A program made the translations under genes and the position numbers. From NCBI GenBank assembly GCA_045128275.1, contig JBGVRH010000059.1:13226-77225 (forward strand): a stretch of 64,000 nucleotides of DNA, written 5' to 3'. The DNA comes from Eubacteriales bacterium. Its GTDB lineage: Bacteria > Bacillota > Clostridia > Oscillospirales > CAG-272. The notes under the pieces were generated by a model. That model made no database searches and had not been told where the DNA came from. It worked only from the letters and a program-made list of their open reading frames with translations. The number at the start of each line of letters is the position of its first letter. Position 1 is the first letter of the stretch. This document shows, one piece after another, positions 25,822-34,391 of the stretch.

Positions 25822-25828
25822 ATATTTG

Positions 25829-26081
25829 TTCAAATTGGGATTTGTCGGTCTGTCGGGCACGATGGCACGGCTGCCAATAACCCATTGTAGGGAGCGACGC
25901 CCTCGTCGCTCCTCAACCTGAAAATTGTCCTTTATCTATTGTCAGATATATGTTTTTGCCTGTACACCCAAAACATATTGGTGTGTGCTATGTGGCGGAG
26001 CGACGAGGGCGTCGCTCCCTACGTTGGGTTGTCAAATATCAAACAGTCGTGCCAAAACCCACCGACAAACCCAAATTTGAA
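25829..26081. repeat. MITE-like dispersed repeat, copy 4 (best-preserved TIRs)
   Basis: Left TIR TTCAAATTGGGATTTGTCGG (25829-25848); right TIR, reverse-complemented, TTCAAATTTGGGTTTGTCGG (26062-26081). The core holds two inverted hairpin units GGAGCGACG-CCCT-CGTCGCTCC. Confidence 0.7.
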
Positions 26082-26097
26082 ACATCAAGGAGCCTGT

Positions 26098-27393
26098 ATG
26101 TCTCTGCCAACTCATATCCAACAAACCTACACCGCCATCCTCCGCGAGGAGCTTGTCCCCGCCATGGGCTGTACCGAGCCCATCGCCATTGCCTACGCCG
26201 CTGCCATCCTCCGCCACGCCCTGGGGGCTGACCCCACTGCCCTGCGGGTGGAGCTGAGCGGAAACATCATCAAGAATGTCAAGTCCGTCATCGTCCCCGC
26301 CACCGACGGCATGCACGGCATCGAGGCCGCCGTGGCCGCGGGCATCGTGGCAGGCTGTCCCGATCGCAAGCTGGAGGTGCTGTGCGCCCTGAAGCCCGCC
26401 GATGCCGACCGCATCCGCGACTTTCTGAACACCACCACTCCCGCCGTCAGCGAGCTGGAGACCAAGCACCCCTTCGAGCTGGTCATGACGGGGGAGGCTA
26501 CCGTGGAGGGGCAAGCCGTGACCGTCACCGTCCATCTCATTGACCGCCACACCAACGTGGTATCCGTGGACAGAAACGGCCAAGACCTCACCGACCGCTA
26601 CCTCTACGGCGAGTCCCTCGTACATACTGAGCCCGCCGACCGCTCCCTCCTCAACGTGCAGGATATCATCACCTACGCCGAGGAGGTGGAGCTGGACGAG
26701 GTCAGACCCCTGCTGGAGCGGCAGATCGCCATGAATATGGCCATCGCCGAGGAGGGTCTGCGGTGCGAGTACGGCGCGTCCATCGGCCGTCTGCTCTACA
26801 ATGGCGGTCACAGCGACCTCCGCACCAAGGCCCGTGCCTACGCCGCCGCAGGGTCGGATGCCCGCATGAACGGCTGTGAGCTGCCCGTGTGCATCATCTC
26901 GGGGAGCGGCAATCAGGGCATGACCGCCTCTGTCCCCGTGGTGGTCTACGCCAAGGCTTGGCACACCGACAACGAGACCCTCCTCCGCGCCCTGCTGGTG
27001 TCCAACCTCATCACCGTCCACCAGAAGACGGGCATCGGCTGTCTCTCGGCCTACTGCGGTGCCATCAGCGCGGGATGCGGGTGCGGATGCGGCATCTGCT
27101 ACCTGGCAGGGGGGCGGTTCAACGAGATCGCCCACACCCTGGTCAACGCAGTGGCCATTCTGTCGGGCACCATCTGCGACGGAGCCAAGGCCTCCTGCGC
27201 CGCCAAGATCGCCATGGCGGTGGAGGCGGGCATCATGGGCTATGACATGATGCGCTCGGGCCGCCAGTTCTACGGCGGTGACGGCATCGTCACCAAGGGG
27301 GTGGAGAACACCATCCGCAACATCGGCCGATTGGCCCGCGACGGCATGAGCGAGACGGATCGGGAGATCATCCGCATCATGCTGGGGGAGTAA
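26098..27393 (+). CDS. UPF0597 / L-cysteine desulfidase-like (serine dehydratase alpha-like) protein
   Basis: MSLPTHIQQTYTAILREELVPAMGCTEPIAIAYAAA... resembles the YhaM/CyuA family. ATG at 26098 follows AAGGAG. The upstream part of ORF 25939.. runs across the repeat element and is rejected. Confidence 0.8.
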   Translation: MSLPTHIQQTYTAILREELVPAMGCTEPIAIAYAAAILRHALGADPTALRVELSGNIIKNVKSVIVPATDGMHGIEAAVAAGIVAGCPDRKLEVLCALKPADADRIRDFLNTTTPAVSELETKHPFELVMTGEATVEGQAVTVTVHLIDRHTNVVSVDRNGQDLTDRYLYGESLVHTEPADRSLLNVQDIITYAEEVELDEVRPLLERQIAMNMAIAEEGLRCEYGASIGRLLYNGGHSDLRTKARAYAAAGSDARMNGCELPVCIISGSGNQGMTASVPVVVYAKAWHTDNETLLRALLVSNLITVHQKTGIGCLSAYCGAISAGCGCGCGICYLAGGRFNEIAHTLVNAVAILSGTICDGAKASCAAKIAMAVEAGIMGYDMMRSGRQFYGGDGIVTKGVENTIRNIGRLARDGMSETDREIIRIMLGE

Positions 27394-27396
27394 GAT

Positions 27397-27435
27397 AAAA
27401 AACAGGGTGTCGCTTTTCGGGCGGCACCCTGTTTT
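27397..27435. terminator. bidirectional intrinsic terminator
   Basis: AAAAAACAGGGTGTCGC...GCGGCACCCTGTTTT between convergent genes. Confidence 0.75.
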
Positions 27436-27441
27436 CATGGG

Positions 27442-28278
27442 TCAGGCCTCGGCAAAGACCTGACGGAGCTTGTCAGCCTCTATGGGATCGCGGATGTTGC
27501 GGTCGATGTACTCTTCCACGCTCCCCTCCATCTCGTAGCGGATCAGGGAGGGGGAGACGCGGGATTTGATATACAGCATGGTATCCGCATCGGGTTTGAA
27601 GGTGTATTTCCGACCGTTCTCCATGGTCAGCGTGACTTGTACGGAAAGACTGGAAAGCCAACTGATGCCACGATTTCGGCGGACTCGGTATCGATCGATG
27701 GAAAACGTGACCGCTTCGATCTCCTCCGCCTCCATGCGTTTGGTCTCCGTGTTGAAGCCGTTTTTGACCGTGACCGACAGATCTCCATGGAGATCCACTC
27801 TCCCGTACACGCTCAGAACCGAGAGTATTATGGACACCAGAAGCGCCACCGCCACCAGCACGGCGGCCAGTCCCCGCTCCCGCTTCTTCGCGGGCTTCAA
27901 GGGGGTCTCCCGCTTGCGAAACAGGGGGTGGATATCCACACGCCCGCCGCGGAAGCCGTAGATCACGTCCTTGCGCCCGAAGAAGGGCTGGCGGTTGACC
28001 ATGCCGACGGCCAGTACCGAGAAGAGGGGGACACCCGAAACGAACATGGACAGAAGCACCCACAGAGCGAACCGCCCGGGTTTGGTGGAGCCGATCACCG
28101 TGGGATCCGAGAAGGACACGCGGTCGCCCAGCAGAAGGGCGGCGATGAGGGGGCTGAAGGCGATGCAGAAGGCCAGAACCGAAAGGAACACGTAGATGCC
28201 CTTATCCAGCCGCGACAGCGGGGGAGCCTTACGCAGAGAGTTTGCGGGGGAGGAACGCTTGCGATGCTTCTTGGCCAT
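27442..28278 (-). CDS. hypothetical membrane protein (3 predicted TM helices)
   Basis: ATG at 28278 has an AAGGAGC RBS; basic N-terminus; 278 aa. I recognise no family. Confidence 0.6.
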   Translation of the reverse strand: MAKKHRKRSSPANSLRKAPPLSRLDKGIYVFLSVLAFCIAFSPLIAALLLGDRVSFSDPTVIGSTKPGRFALWVLLSMFVSGVPLFSVLAVGMVNRQPFFGRKDVIYGFRGGRVDIHPLFRKRETPLKPAKKRERGLAAVLVAVALLVSIILSVLSVYGRVDLHGDLSVTVKNGFNTETKRMEAEEIEAVTFSIDRYRVRRNRGISWLSSLSVQVTLTMENGRKYTFKPDADTMLYIKSRVSPSLIRYEMEGSVEEYIDRNIRDPIEADKLRQVFAEA

Positions 28279-28397
28279 GATCTGCTCCTTTCGGTGGAAT
28301 GAGTCCAGTATACCACAATCCCGCGAAAATGTCAATCAACAATTTTGAGAAAGGGAACGCCCCCGCACTCGCGGGGGCGTTCGGTATGGTCGGAAAA

Positions 28398-30044
28398 TTA
28401 CTCGTCCTTCTTCTGCAACGCCACAGCGGCGGCCATAGCCACCAGCACAGCGGTCACGCCAAAGCCAACCACAGAGCCGCAGCCCTTCTTCTCTACGGGC
28501 GCGTCGGTGGGAGCCTCGGTGCCCGCGTCGGGGGCGTCGGTGGGGGCCTCGGTCACGTCGGGAGCGGCGGTAGGAGCCTCGGTAGGAGCCTCGGTCTCCT
28601 CGGCGGTGGTGTCCTCTACCACCGAGTCGGGATCGAAGAAGTCACCCTCGAAGAGGTCGGTGGGATCGTTCTGATAGAACTTGATCCAGGCCACGTCAAA
28701 GGTCTCCTGGGCGAAGTCCTCCGCGCCGTAGAAGGGGATCAGGCAGAGGTTCAGGATGAAGTTGGCTCCGTTCCAGCCCGGCTCGCCCGACATGTAGAAA
28801 ATGACGGTGTGCCACTCGCCGTCGGTTCCCACGGAATCGTAGTAACACATTTCGAGATCGTACTCGGGAGTCTCGCCGGTGCGGTAGGACATACCCAGAT
28901 CCTCGCCCTTGGCGGAGGAGGTGCGGTAGCGGATCACCACATAGTCGCCGCGCGTGCCCACGATGTTGCGGGGATACTTGGAGCTGAAGGCGTAGGCGTA
29001 GCCCTCGGAGGTCAGGGAGGTGATGCGCATGAAGGAGATCCCGTCCTCGGTGACGTAATCCACGGCGGCGTTCTCGCCCTCAAAGGTCTTGACCACCGAC
29101 TCGTCGGCCATGTCGATTACTTCCATGAGCATGTATTCCTTGTCCTCCGCGCTCATGCCGGGGATCTCCACGGGCTTGATGTCCAGGCCGTCGGGCTTAC
29201 CCGCAAAGGTCACCAGGGCGAACTTGGACACGTCCTTGGAGCCGGGGCCGCTGACGCCGCGGGCGAACATGAGGTGCCAGTAATCGTTGGGAGTCTCGGC
29301 CTCGCCATTGATGGACAGTACCCAGGCGTAGTTCATGGTGTCGCCGTTCTCCACGGTGCGGTCAGAAAGCCCCAGAACGGTCTGGAGGTGAACGCGGATC
29401 TCGTAGCGAAGCACCTGGTTCTCCTGGTCGTAGTAGCCCACGAAGTCCTCGCCGGGCTTGGGCAGGTAGGTGCCGAACCAGTTGAAGGTCATGGGCTCGT
29501 TGGTCTCGCTGTGCACGCCGTAGCCCAGCTCAATGTAATCGGTGGTTCCCTTGGCATCGGCGGGAGCAAAGCCCAGCTGGAGGCAGTTGTAAGCCCACAG
29601 GTACATATCGCCGCCCATGGCCTCGGGGGTGCAGGAGAAGCCGTTGATGAGGTTGACCTCAAAGGCCAGGTACAGGTAGGTGCCGTCCCAACCCCAGTAG
29701 GGCTTGATGGCATCGCCCTGGGTACCCTCGTAGAAAGTATGGAAATCCTCTTCGGTGCAGCCGTCGGAGCCGGAGTTGACCAGCCAGGACAGGTAGTCCT
29801 CGTACAGCTCGAAGGGCAGATACTCGTTCTTGTCGATGGTGCCGTCCAGTTTCGGAGCGATGTGCAGGAAGGGGACCTCCCAAGCCACCTCGCCCTCGCC
29901 GGCCTGACCGGCCATGACCTCATCGATCTTCGCGCCTTCCTCGGTGTAGTGGCCGTCCTTGTTGACCATGGCGGCAGACGCGGTTACGGTGCAGAGGATC
30001 AACAGAGCAGTCAAGCAAAGGGCAAATGTGAATAGCTTTTTCAT
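28398..30044 (-). CDS. secreted protein with signal peptide, T/A/P/E-rich linker and C-terminal TM anchor; possible carbohydrate-binding (CBM9/DOMON-like) fold
   Basis: Signal peptide MKKLFTFALCLTALLILCTVTASA, linker repeats TEAPTEAPTAAPDVTEAPTDAP, C-terminal helix then KKDE. The domain guess rests only on the ...APKLDGTIDKNEY... motif. Confidence 0.6.
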   Translation of the reverse strand: MKKLFTFALCLTALLILCTVTASAAMVNKDGHYTEEGAKIDEVMAGQAGEGEVAWEVPFLHIAPKLDGTIDKNEYLPFELYEDYLSWLVNSGSDGCTEEDFHTFYEGTQGDAIKPYWGWDGTYLYLAFEVNLINGFSCTPEAMGGDMYLWAYNCLQLGFAPADAKGTTDYIELGYGVHSETNEPMTFNWFGTYLPKPGEDFVGYYDQENQVLRYEIRVHLQTVLGLSDRTVENGDTMNYAWVLSINGEAETPNDYWHLMFARGVSGPGSKDVSKFALVTFAGKPDGLDIKPVEIPGMSAEDKEYMLMEVIDMADESVVKTFEGENAAVDYVTEDGISFMRITSLTSEGYAYAFSSKYPRNIVGTRGDYVVIRYRTSSAKGEDLGMSYRTGETPEYDLEMCYYDSVGTDGEWHTVIFYMSGEPGWNGANFILNLCLIPFYGAEDFAQETFDVAWIKFYQNDPTDLFEGDFFDPDSVVEDTTAEETEAPTEAPTAAPDVTEAPTDAPDAGTEAPTDAPVEKKGCGSVVGFGVTAVLVAMAAAVALQKKDE

Positions 30045-30106
30045 GTGTGTGACCTCCTTGATTGTTTTCGGTAGAAAATACCGCTTTATGGGCGGTTGGT
30101 ATTTTT

Positions 30107-30134
30107 ATTATAGCAGAATTACGGGATTTGTCAA
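30107..30134 (-). promoter_or_regulatory. sigma-A promoter of the 28398..30044 gene
   Basis: Minus strand TTGACA, 16 nt spacer, TATAAT. Confidence 0.55.
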
Positions 30135-30220
30135 TAGAAATGGGTGAATTTTGTGCAGTTTGTTTTCGGAAAATCTTACTGAACAGTTACCCTCCGAAGA
30201 AGATTCAAATTCGTGAGGTG

Positions 30221-30545
30221 TGGCCTACCTGAAAGGATTCTGAACCCCGCCCTCGCTTTGCGAGGGCAGGAAGCACCTCCCAAGCAAAAATATTCTTTTT
30301 TGGCCACTTGATGCTTCCACGAATCTTCTCACCCTCACAAATAGGCCAACAGAAAAGACACCCGCGAGGGGTGTTTTTCTATTGGCCTACCCGAAAGGAT
30401 TCTGAACCGCGCCCTCGCAAAGCGAGGGCAGGAAGCACCTCCCAAGCAAAAATATTCTTTCTTGGTCACTTAGTGCTTCCACGAATCTTCTCGCCCTCAC
30501 AAATAGGCCAACAGAAAAGACACCCACAAGGGGTGTCTTTTCTGT
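30221..30545. repeat. two tandem copies (about 162 bp each) of a unit beginning with the last 24-25 nt of tRNA-Arg
   Basis: Units start at 30221 and 30383. Each starts TGGCCTACC(T/C)GAAAGGATTCTGAACC, matching the tRNA 3' end at 30546-30570, and each ends with a terminator-like hairpin. Confidence 0.8.
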
Positions 30546-30622
30546 TGGCCTACCCGAAAGGATTCGAACCTTCGACCTTCAGAGTCGGAGTCTGACGCGC
30601 TATCCAGCTGTGCCACGGGTAG
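30546..30622 (-). tRNA. tRNA-Arg (anticodon CCG), CCA encoded
   Basis: Manual cloverleaf fold: CTACCCG/CGGGTAG acceptor stem, anticodon stem-loop TCAGA-CTCCGAC-TCTGA, T arm GAAGG-TTCGAAT-CCTTT, 77 nt. Confidence 0.85.
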
Positions 30623-30641
30623 GTGTTTCGTATACCTTGGT

Positions 30642-30670
30642 ATTATACCACAAAGCAGGGAAAAATGCAA
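30642..30670 (-). promoter_or_regulatory. sigma-A promoter of tRNA-Arg
   Basis: Minus strand TTGCAT, 17 nt spacer, TATAAT, about 20 nt upstream of the mature 5' end. Confidence 0.6.
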
Positions 30671-30759
30671 CCCCTTTTTGAAAAAAAGTCGGGCCGCAAG
30701 GTCTCTTTTCGCCCGCCTGTTCCCGACAAAAGATCCCCCTCGGAGGGGGGCTTGACTCC

Positions 30760-30972
30760 TGTGGAAAACTCCCCCTCCTCCTGTGGATTTTTCCACAGCT
30801 GTCCCGAAAAGTTTCCCACAACCTGTGGAAAACTCTGTGGACATCTCATCCAAATTCTTGAAATTTCCGCGTAAAATAAGGCATTTTCGGGGATTCAGTC
30901 GGATAAAGTCGATTTTGGGGGGTGTGGAATAGCATCATACGGATATAAATTCCTGTTGATAACTTTTCCACA
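30760..30972. promoter_or_regulatory. cluster of 8-9 DnaA-box-like 9-mers
   Basis: TGTGGAAAA at 30760 and 30824; TGTGGATTT at 30782 overlapping TTTTCCACA at 30789 (together a perfect palindrome CTGTGGATTTTTCCACAG); TTTCCCACA at 30812; TGTGGACAT at 30836; TGTGGAATA at 30923; TGTTGATAA at 30954; TTTTCCACA at 30964. Confidence 0.6.
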
Positions 30973-31060
30973 GAAAGAAGGGAACGACAGTGAATTTTCC
31001 GGTGTTTTTCTACAGGCTTCCCAAAAACGGGCACGCGGCGGCGGTAGGAGCGGGGCAAAG

Positions 31061-31089
31061 AAAAAAGGGTAGGCGAGCTACCCTTTTTT
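31061..31089. terminator. intrinsic terminator after holA (symmetrical A/T runs)
   Basis: AAAAAAGGGTAGGCGAGCTACCCTTTTTT. Confidence 0.75.
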
Positions 31090-31094
31090 GAAGG

Positions 31095-32138
31095 TCAGAG
31101 CGTGCAGATGAGCCGTTCAATGATCCCGTACCCGTCGGCGGCGGAGCGCTTCAAGGCCTTGTCAGCGGTCTCGGCGGCGGCGACGGCGTTGCGGAGGAGG
31201 GAGGCATCGGTCTTGCGTGCCTGCTTGAGGTAGAGGCCCACCCGGTATTCGTGCATCTTCAGCTCGCTCCCGATCTCGGCGGGGGTGCGGCCACCGTCGG
31301 CCATGGTGCGGATGGCCAGGAGATCGCAGACCACCCGGGAGACCTCGGACAGGATGAACAGGGGCTCCACGCGGCGGAGCTTGAGGTCGGCCAGGATATC
31401 CAGCGCGTCGGCCCGTCTCCGCTCCATGATGGCGTTGGTAAAGGCGAAGGCATCGTACTCCATGGCGGGGATGGCGGCGGTACGGATATCGGCCTCGGTG
31501 AGAGTGTCCCGCCCGTGGGCGCGGATATAGCAGGCCACCTTGTCCACCTCATTGGCCAGGGTGAACATATTCCGCCCGCAATACTCAATGGTGAACTGGC
31601 AGAGCTTGGGATCGGCCTGTACCCCGCCGTGGAGGTAGTGCTTCTGCACCCAGCCCGCCAGCTTGGCGGGGGTGTTGCGCTCGAAGTATACGGGAGTGAG
31701 GTACTCACCGAGGGTGGTCAGTAGCTCCGAGGGCTTTTTGGGGAGATTACCGGGGTCAAAGGTGTCGGCGGCGGCGGAAATGATCACCAGATTGTAGGGG
31801 TAATCGGGGATCTCGGAGAGTGCCTCGCAGAGCTTGTCCATATCGGCGGCGCGAAGGGTGGACAGGTTCAGTCCCGTCACGGTAATGACCTTGCGATCCG
31901 CCCCCATGGGGGGGACGGTCATGGCATCCAGCAGGGCGGCGGGGGTGAAGTCCAGCCCGTCCAGACGGATATCGTTGAAGGCGGCCATGGCGGGGTCAGC
32001 CTCGGTGACCGACTGGCGAGCCATGCGGAGGGCGGCGGACTTCATGTAGTCCTCCTCCCCGAAGAAGAGGTAGCCTCCCGTGGGGTTGGTTTTCAGAGCC
32101 TTGCGGAAGTCGGCCTCCTTGAGAATGGTCAGGGCCAT
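31095..32138 (-). CDS. holA: DNA polymerase III delta subunit
   Basis: 347 aa, MALTILKEADFRKALKTNPTGGYLFFGEEDYMK... is a typical HolA N-terminus. Confidence 0.8.
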   Translation of the reverse strand: MALTILKEADFRKALKTNPTGGYLFFGEEDYMKSAALRMARQSVTEADPAMAAFNDIRLDGLDFTPAALLDAMTVPPMGADRKVITVTGLNLSTLRAADMDKLCEALSEIPDYPYNLVIISAAADTFDPGNLPKKPSELLTTLGEYLTPVYFERNTPAKLAGWVQKHYLHGGVQADPKLCQFTIEYCGRNMFTLANEVDKVACYIRAHGRDTLTEADIRTAAIPAMEYDAFAFTNAIMERRRADALDILADLKLRRVEPLFILSEVSRVVCDLLAIRTMADGGRTPAEIGSELKMHEYRVGLYLKQARKTDASLLRNAVAAAETADKALKRSAADGYGIIERLICTL

Positions 32139-32141
32139 GGC

Positions 32142-34214
32142 TTACCTCCTCCCTTTGCCGCTCTTGGGGGCGGGCTTACCACCCTTTTGGGGTGTGTTCC
32201 CTCCCTTGGCGGCGGGCTTGGCGGTGGGTCTTGCGCCTCCCTTTGCGGTGGGAGCGGAGACTTTACCGCCCTTGGGCGCGGAATGGCTGTTCTTGGGCGC
32301 ATACCCGCCCTTGGTATCGGTCTTGCCGCCCTTGCGGTCGCCGTCGCCCTTCTTGGGGGCAGGCTTGCCGCTATGAGGCGCGGTACCGTAAGGTGCGGGT
32401 CTTCCTCCCGCGGGCTTGACCAGACACTCGGGGCCGAAGCCGATGAGGTCGGTTCTCCCCGCCTTGGTCAGCGCTTCACGGACGAGGTCGGCGTTCTCGG
32501 GGCGGTTGAACTGGAGCAGGGCGCGCTGGAGCTGCTTTTCGTGGTAGTCGGTGACCACGTGGACGGGCTTCATATCCATGGGGTTGATGCCCGTGTAGAA
32601 CATGACGGTGGAGGCGGTGCCGGGGGTGGGGTAGTAGTCCTGCACCTGCTCGGGGGCGTAGTGATCCCGCTTCAGACACAGGGCGAGGTCGATGGCCTCG
32701 TTCAGGGTCGAGCCGGGGTGGCTGGACATGAGGTAGGGAACGAGATACTGCTCCTTGCCGCAGGCCTCGGACAACTCGAAATATTTCTTGCGGAAGGTCT
32801 CGTACACGTGGAAATCGGGCTTGCCCATGCACCGTAGGACGGGGGAGGCGCAATGCTCGGGGGCGACCTTGAGCTGCCCCGACACGTGATCGCGCACCAG
32901 CTTGCGGAAGAAATCGTCCTTGGGATCGGCCAGCAGGTAGTCGAAGCGGATGCCGGAGCGGATGAAGACCTTCTTCACCTTGGGGAGAGCCTCGATGGCC
33001 TTCAGCAGTTCGATGTACTCGCTGTGATCGGCGATCAGATTGGGGCAGGGCTTGGGGGCGAGGCACTTGCGGTTGGCGCAGACGCCATGCTCCAGCTGCT
33101 TCTTGCAGGCGGGATAGCGGAAGTTGGCGGTGGGGCCGCCCACGTCGTGGATGTAGCCCTTGAAGTCGGGCATCTCGGTGATCTGCTTGGCCTCGGCCAC
33201 CACCGACTCAATACTGCGGGAGCGGACGGTACGCCCCTGATGGAAGGCCAGGGCGCAGAAGTTGCACGCGCCGAAGCACCCGCGGTTGTGGGTCACGGAA
33301 AAGCGCACCTCCTCGATGCCGGGGACACCGCCGTCCTTCTCGTAGGAGGGGTGGTAGGTGCGGGTGTAGGGCAGGGCGTAGACCGCGTCCAGCTCCTCAC
33401 GTTCCAGGGGAGGCATGGGGGGATTCTGGACGAGGAGCTTGTTATCGTAGATCTCGCAGATGGCCTTGCCGCCGATGGCATCCTGGTTCTTGTACTGCAC
33501 CCCGAAGGCCTCGGCATACTTGCGCTTGTCGGTCTTGAGGTCATCGTAGTTGAAGGTGGCGGCCACGGGGAAGTGGATCTGATCCTGCTCCTCGGTCTTG
33601 CAGAGGTAGCAGGTGCCTCGCACGTCCCGGATCTTGCGGATGGGCACACCCTTGTCCAGGAGCTTGGCGATGCGGCGGAGGATGTTCTCCCCCATGCCGT
33701 AGGTCAGGATGTCGGCACGGCTGTCCACCAGCACCGAGCGGCGCACCTTGTCGTCCCAGTAATCGTAATGGGCGAAGCGGCGCAGGGAGGCTTCCAGACC
33801 GCCCAGAATGATGGGCACGTCACCGTAGGCCTCGCGGATGCGGTTGGAGTAGACGATGGTGGCGCGGTCGGGGCGGTTTCCCATCTTGCCCCCTGCCGAG
33901 TAGTAATCGTAGGTGCGCTTGCGCTTGGCGGCGGTGTAGTGGGCCACCATGGAGTCGATGTTGCCCGCCGTTACCAGAAAGCCCAGACGGGGACGGCCGA
34001 ACTCCTTGAAGGCCTCGGCTGACTTGTAGTCGGGCTGGGACAGAATGGCCACACGGAAGCCCTCGGCCTCCAGCACGCGGGAGATGATGGACACGCCAAA
34101 GGAGGGGTGATCCACGTAAGCGTCACCCGTGACGTACACGAAATCGGGGCGATCCCACCCGCGGGCATCCATGTCGGCGCGGGTCAGGGGAAGGAAGTCG
34201 GTGATGGTAGGCAT
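32142..34214 (-). CDS. ygiQ: YgiQ family (UPF0313) radical SAM protein with a Lys/Gly/Pro-rich C-terminal tail
   Basis: MPTITDFLPLTRADMDARGWDRPDFVYVTGDAYVDHPSFG..., radical SAM cluster CFGACNFC, basic low-complexity tail. ATG at 34214. Confidence 0.85.
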   Translation of the reverse strand: MPTITDFLPLTRADMDARGWDRPDFVYVTGDAYVDHPSFGVSIISRVLEAEGFRVAILSQPDYKSAEAFKEFGRPRLGFLVTAGNIDSMVAHYTAAKRKRTYDYYSAGGKMGNRPDRATIVYSNRIREAYGDVPIILGGLEASLRRFAHYDYWDDKVRRSVLVDSRADILTYGMGENILRRIAKLLDKGVPIRKIRDVRGTCYLCKTEEQDQIHFPVAATFNYDDLKTDKRKYAEAFGVQYKNQDAIGGKAICEIYDNKLLVQNPPMPPLEREELDAVYALPYTRTYHPSYEKDGGVPGIEEVRFSVTHNRGCFGACNFCALAFHQGRTVRSRSIESVVAEAKQITEMPDFKGYIHDVGGPTANFRYPACKKQLEHGVCANRKCLAPKPCPNLIADHSEYIELLKAIEALPKVKKVFIRSGIRFDYLLADPKDDFFRKLVRDHVSGQLKVAPEHCASPVLRCMGKPDFHVYETFRKKYFELSEACGKEQYLVPYLMSSHPGSTLNEAIDLALCLKRDHYAPEQVQDYYPTPGTASTVMFYTGINPMDMKPVHVVTDYHEKQLQRALLQFNRPENADLVREALTKAGRTDLIGFGPECLVKPAGGRPAPYGTAPHSGKPAPKKGDGDRKGGKTDTKGGYAPKNSHSAPKGGKVSAPTAKGGARPTAKPAAKGGNTPQKGGKPAPKSGKGRR

Positions 34215-34253
34215 AAGGCGTGTCCTTTCGGGGTGGATTTCAATACTGTGTAT

Positions 34254-34282
34254 ATTGTAGCATATTTTGCGGGGATTTGCAA
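34254..34282 (-). promoter_or_regulatory. sigma-A promoter of ygiQ-holA
   Basis: Minus strand TTGCAA, 17 nt spacer, TACAAT. Confidence 0.5.
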
Positions 34283-34391
34283 GGGGGGCGGGAAAAACTT
34301 CTGTCCTGCTGTCAAAAAATCCCCTCCAAAACGGAGGGGATTTATACAGATGGATGATTTCTGCGTGTGGGTAATTCTCAAAAGTTTGCAA

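Noticed and set aside
25939-26097. The N-terminal extension of ORF 25939..27393 (54 extra codons).
   Set aside because: The extension reads through the MITE-like repeat and its hairpins. A good AAGGAG RBS precedes ATG 26098, and the conserved family N-terminus starts there.
30221-30545. The 162 bp tandem repeats as a CRISPR array.
   Set aside because: There are only two units, the period is far too long, and there is no short repeat/unique spacer alternation. Each unit is a near-complete copy of the other and begins with a tRNA fragment.
30846-31058. Small ORFs (70-118 aa) across the holA/tRNA-Arg spacer (30497..30853, 30623..30874, 30846..31058).
   Set aside because: They have no RBS, overlap each other in different frames and cross the DnaA-box cluster and the tRNA. 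The region is better explained as non-coding.
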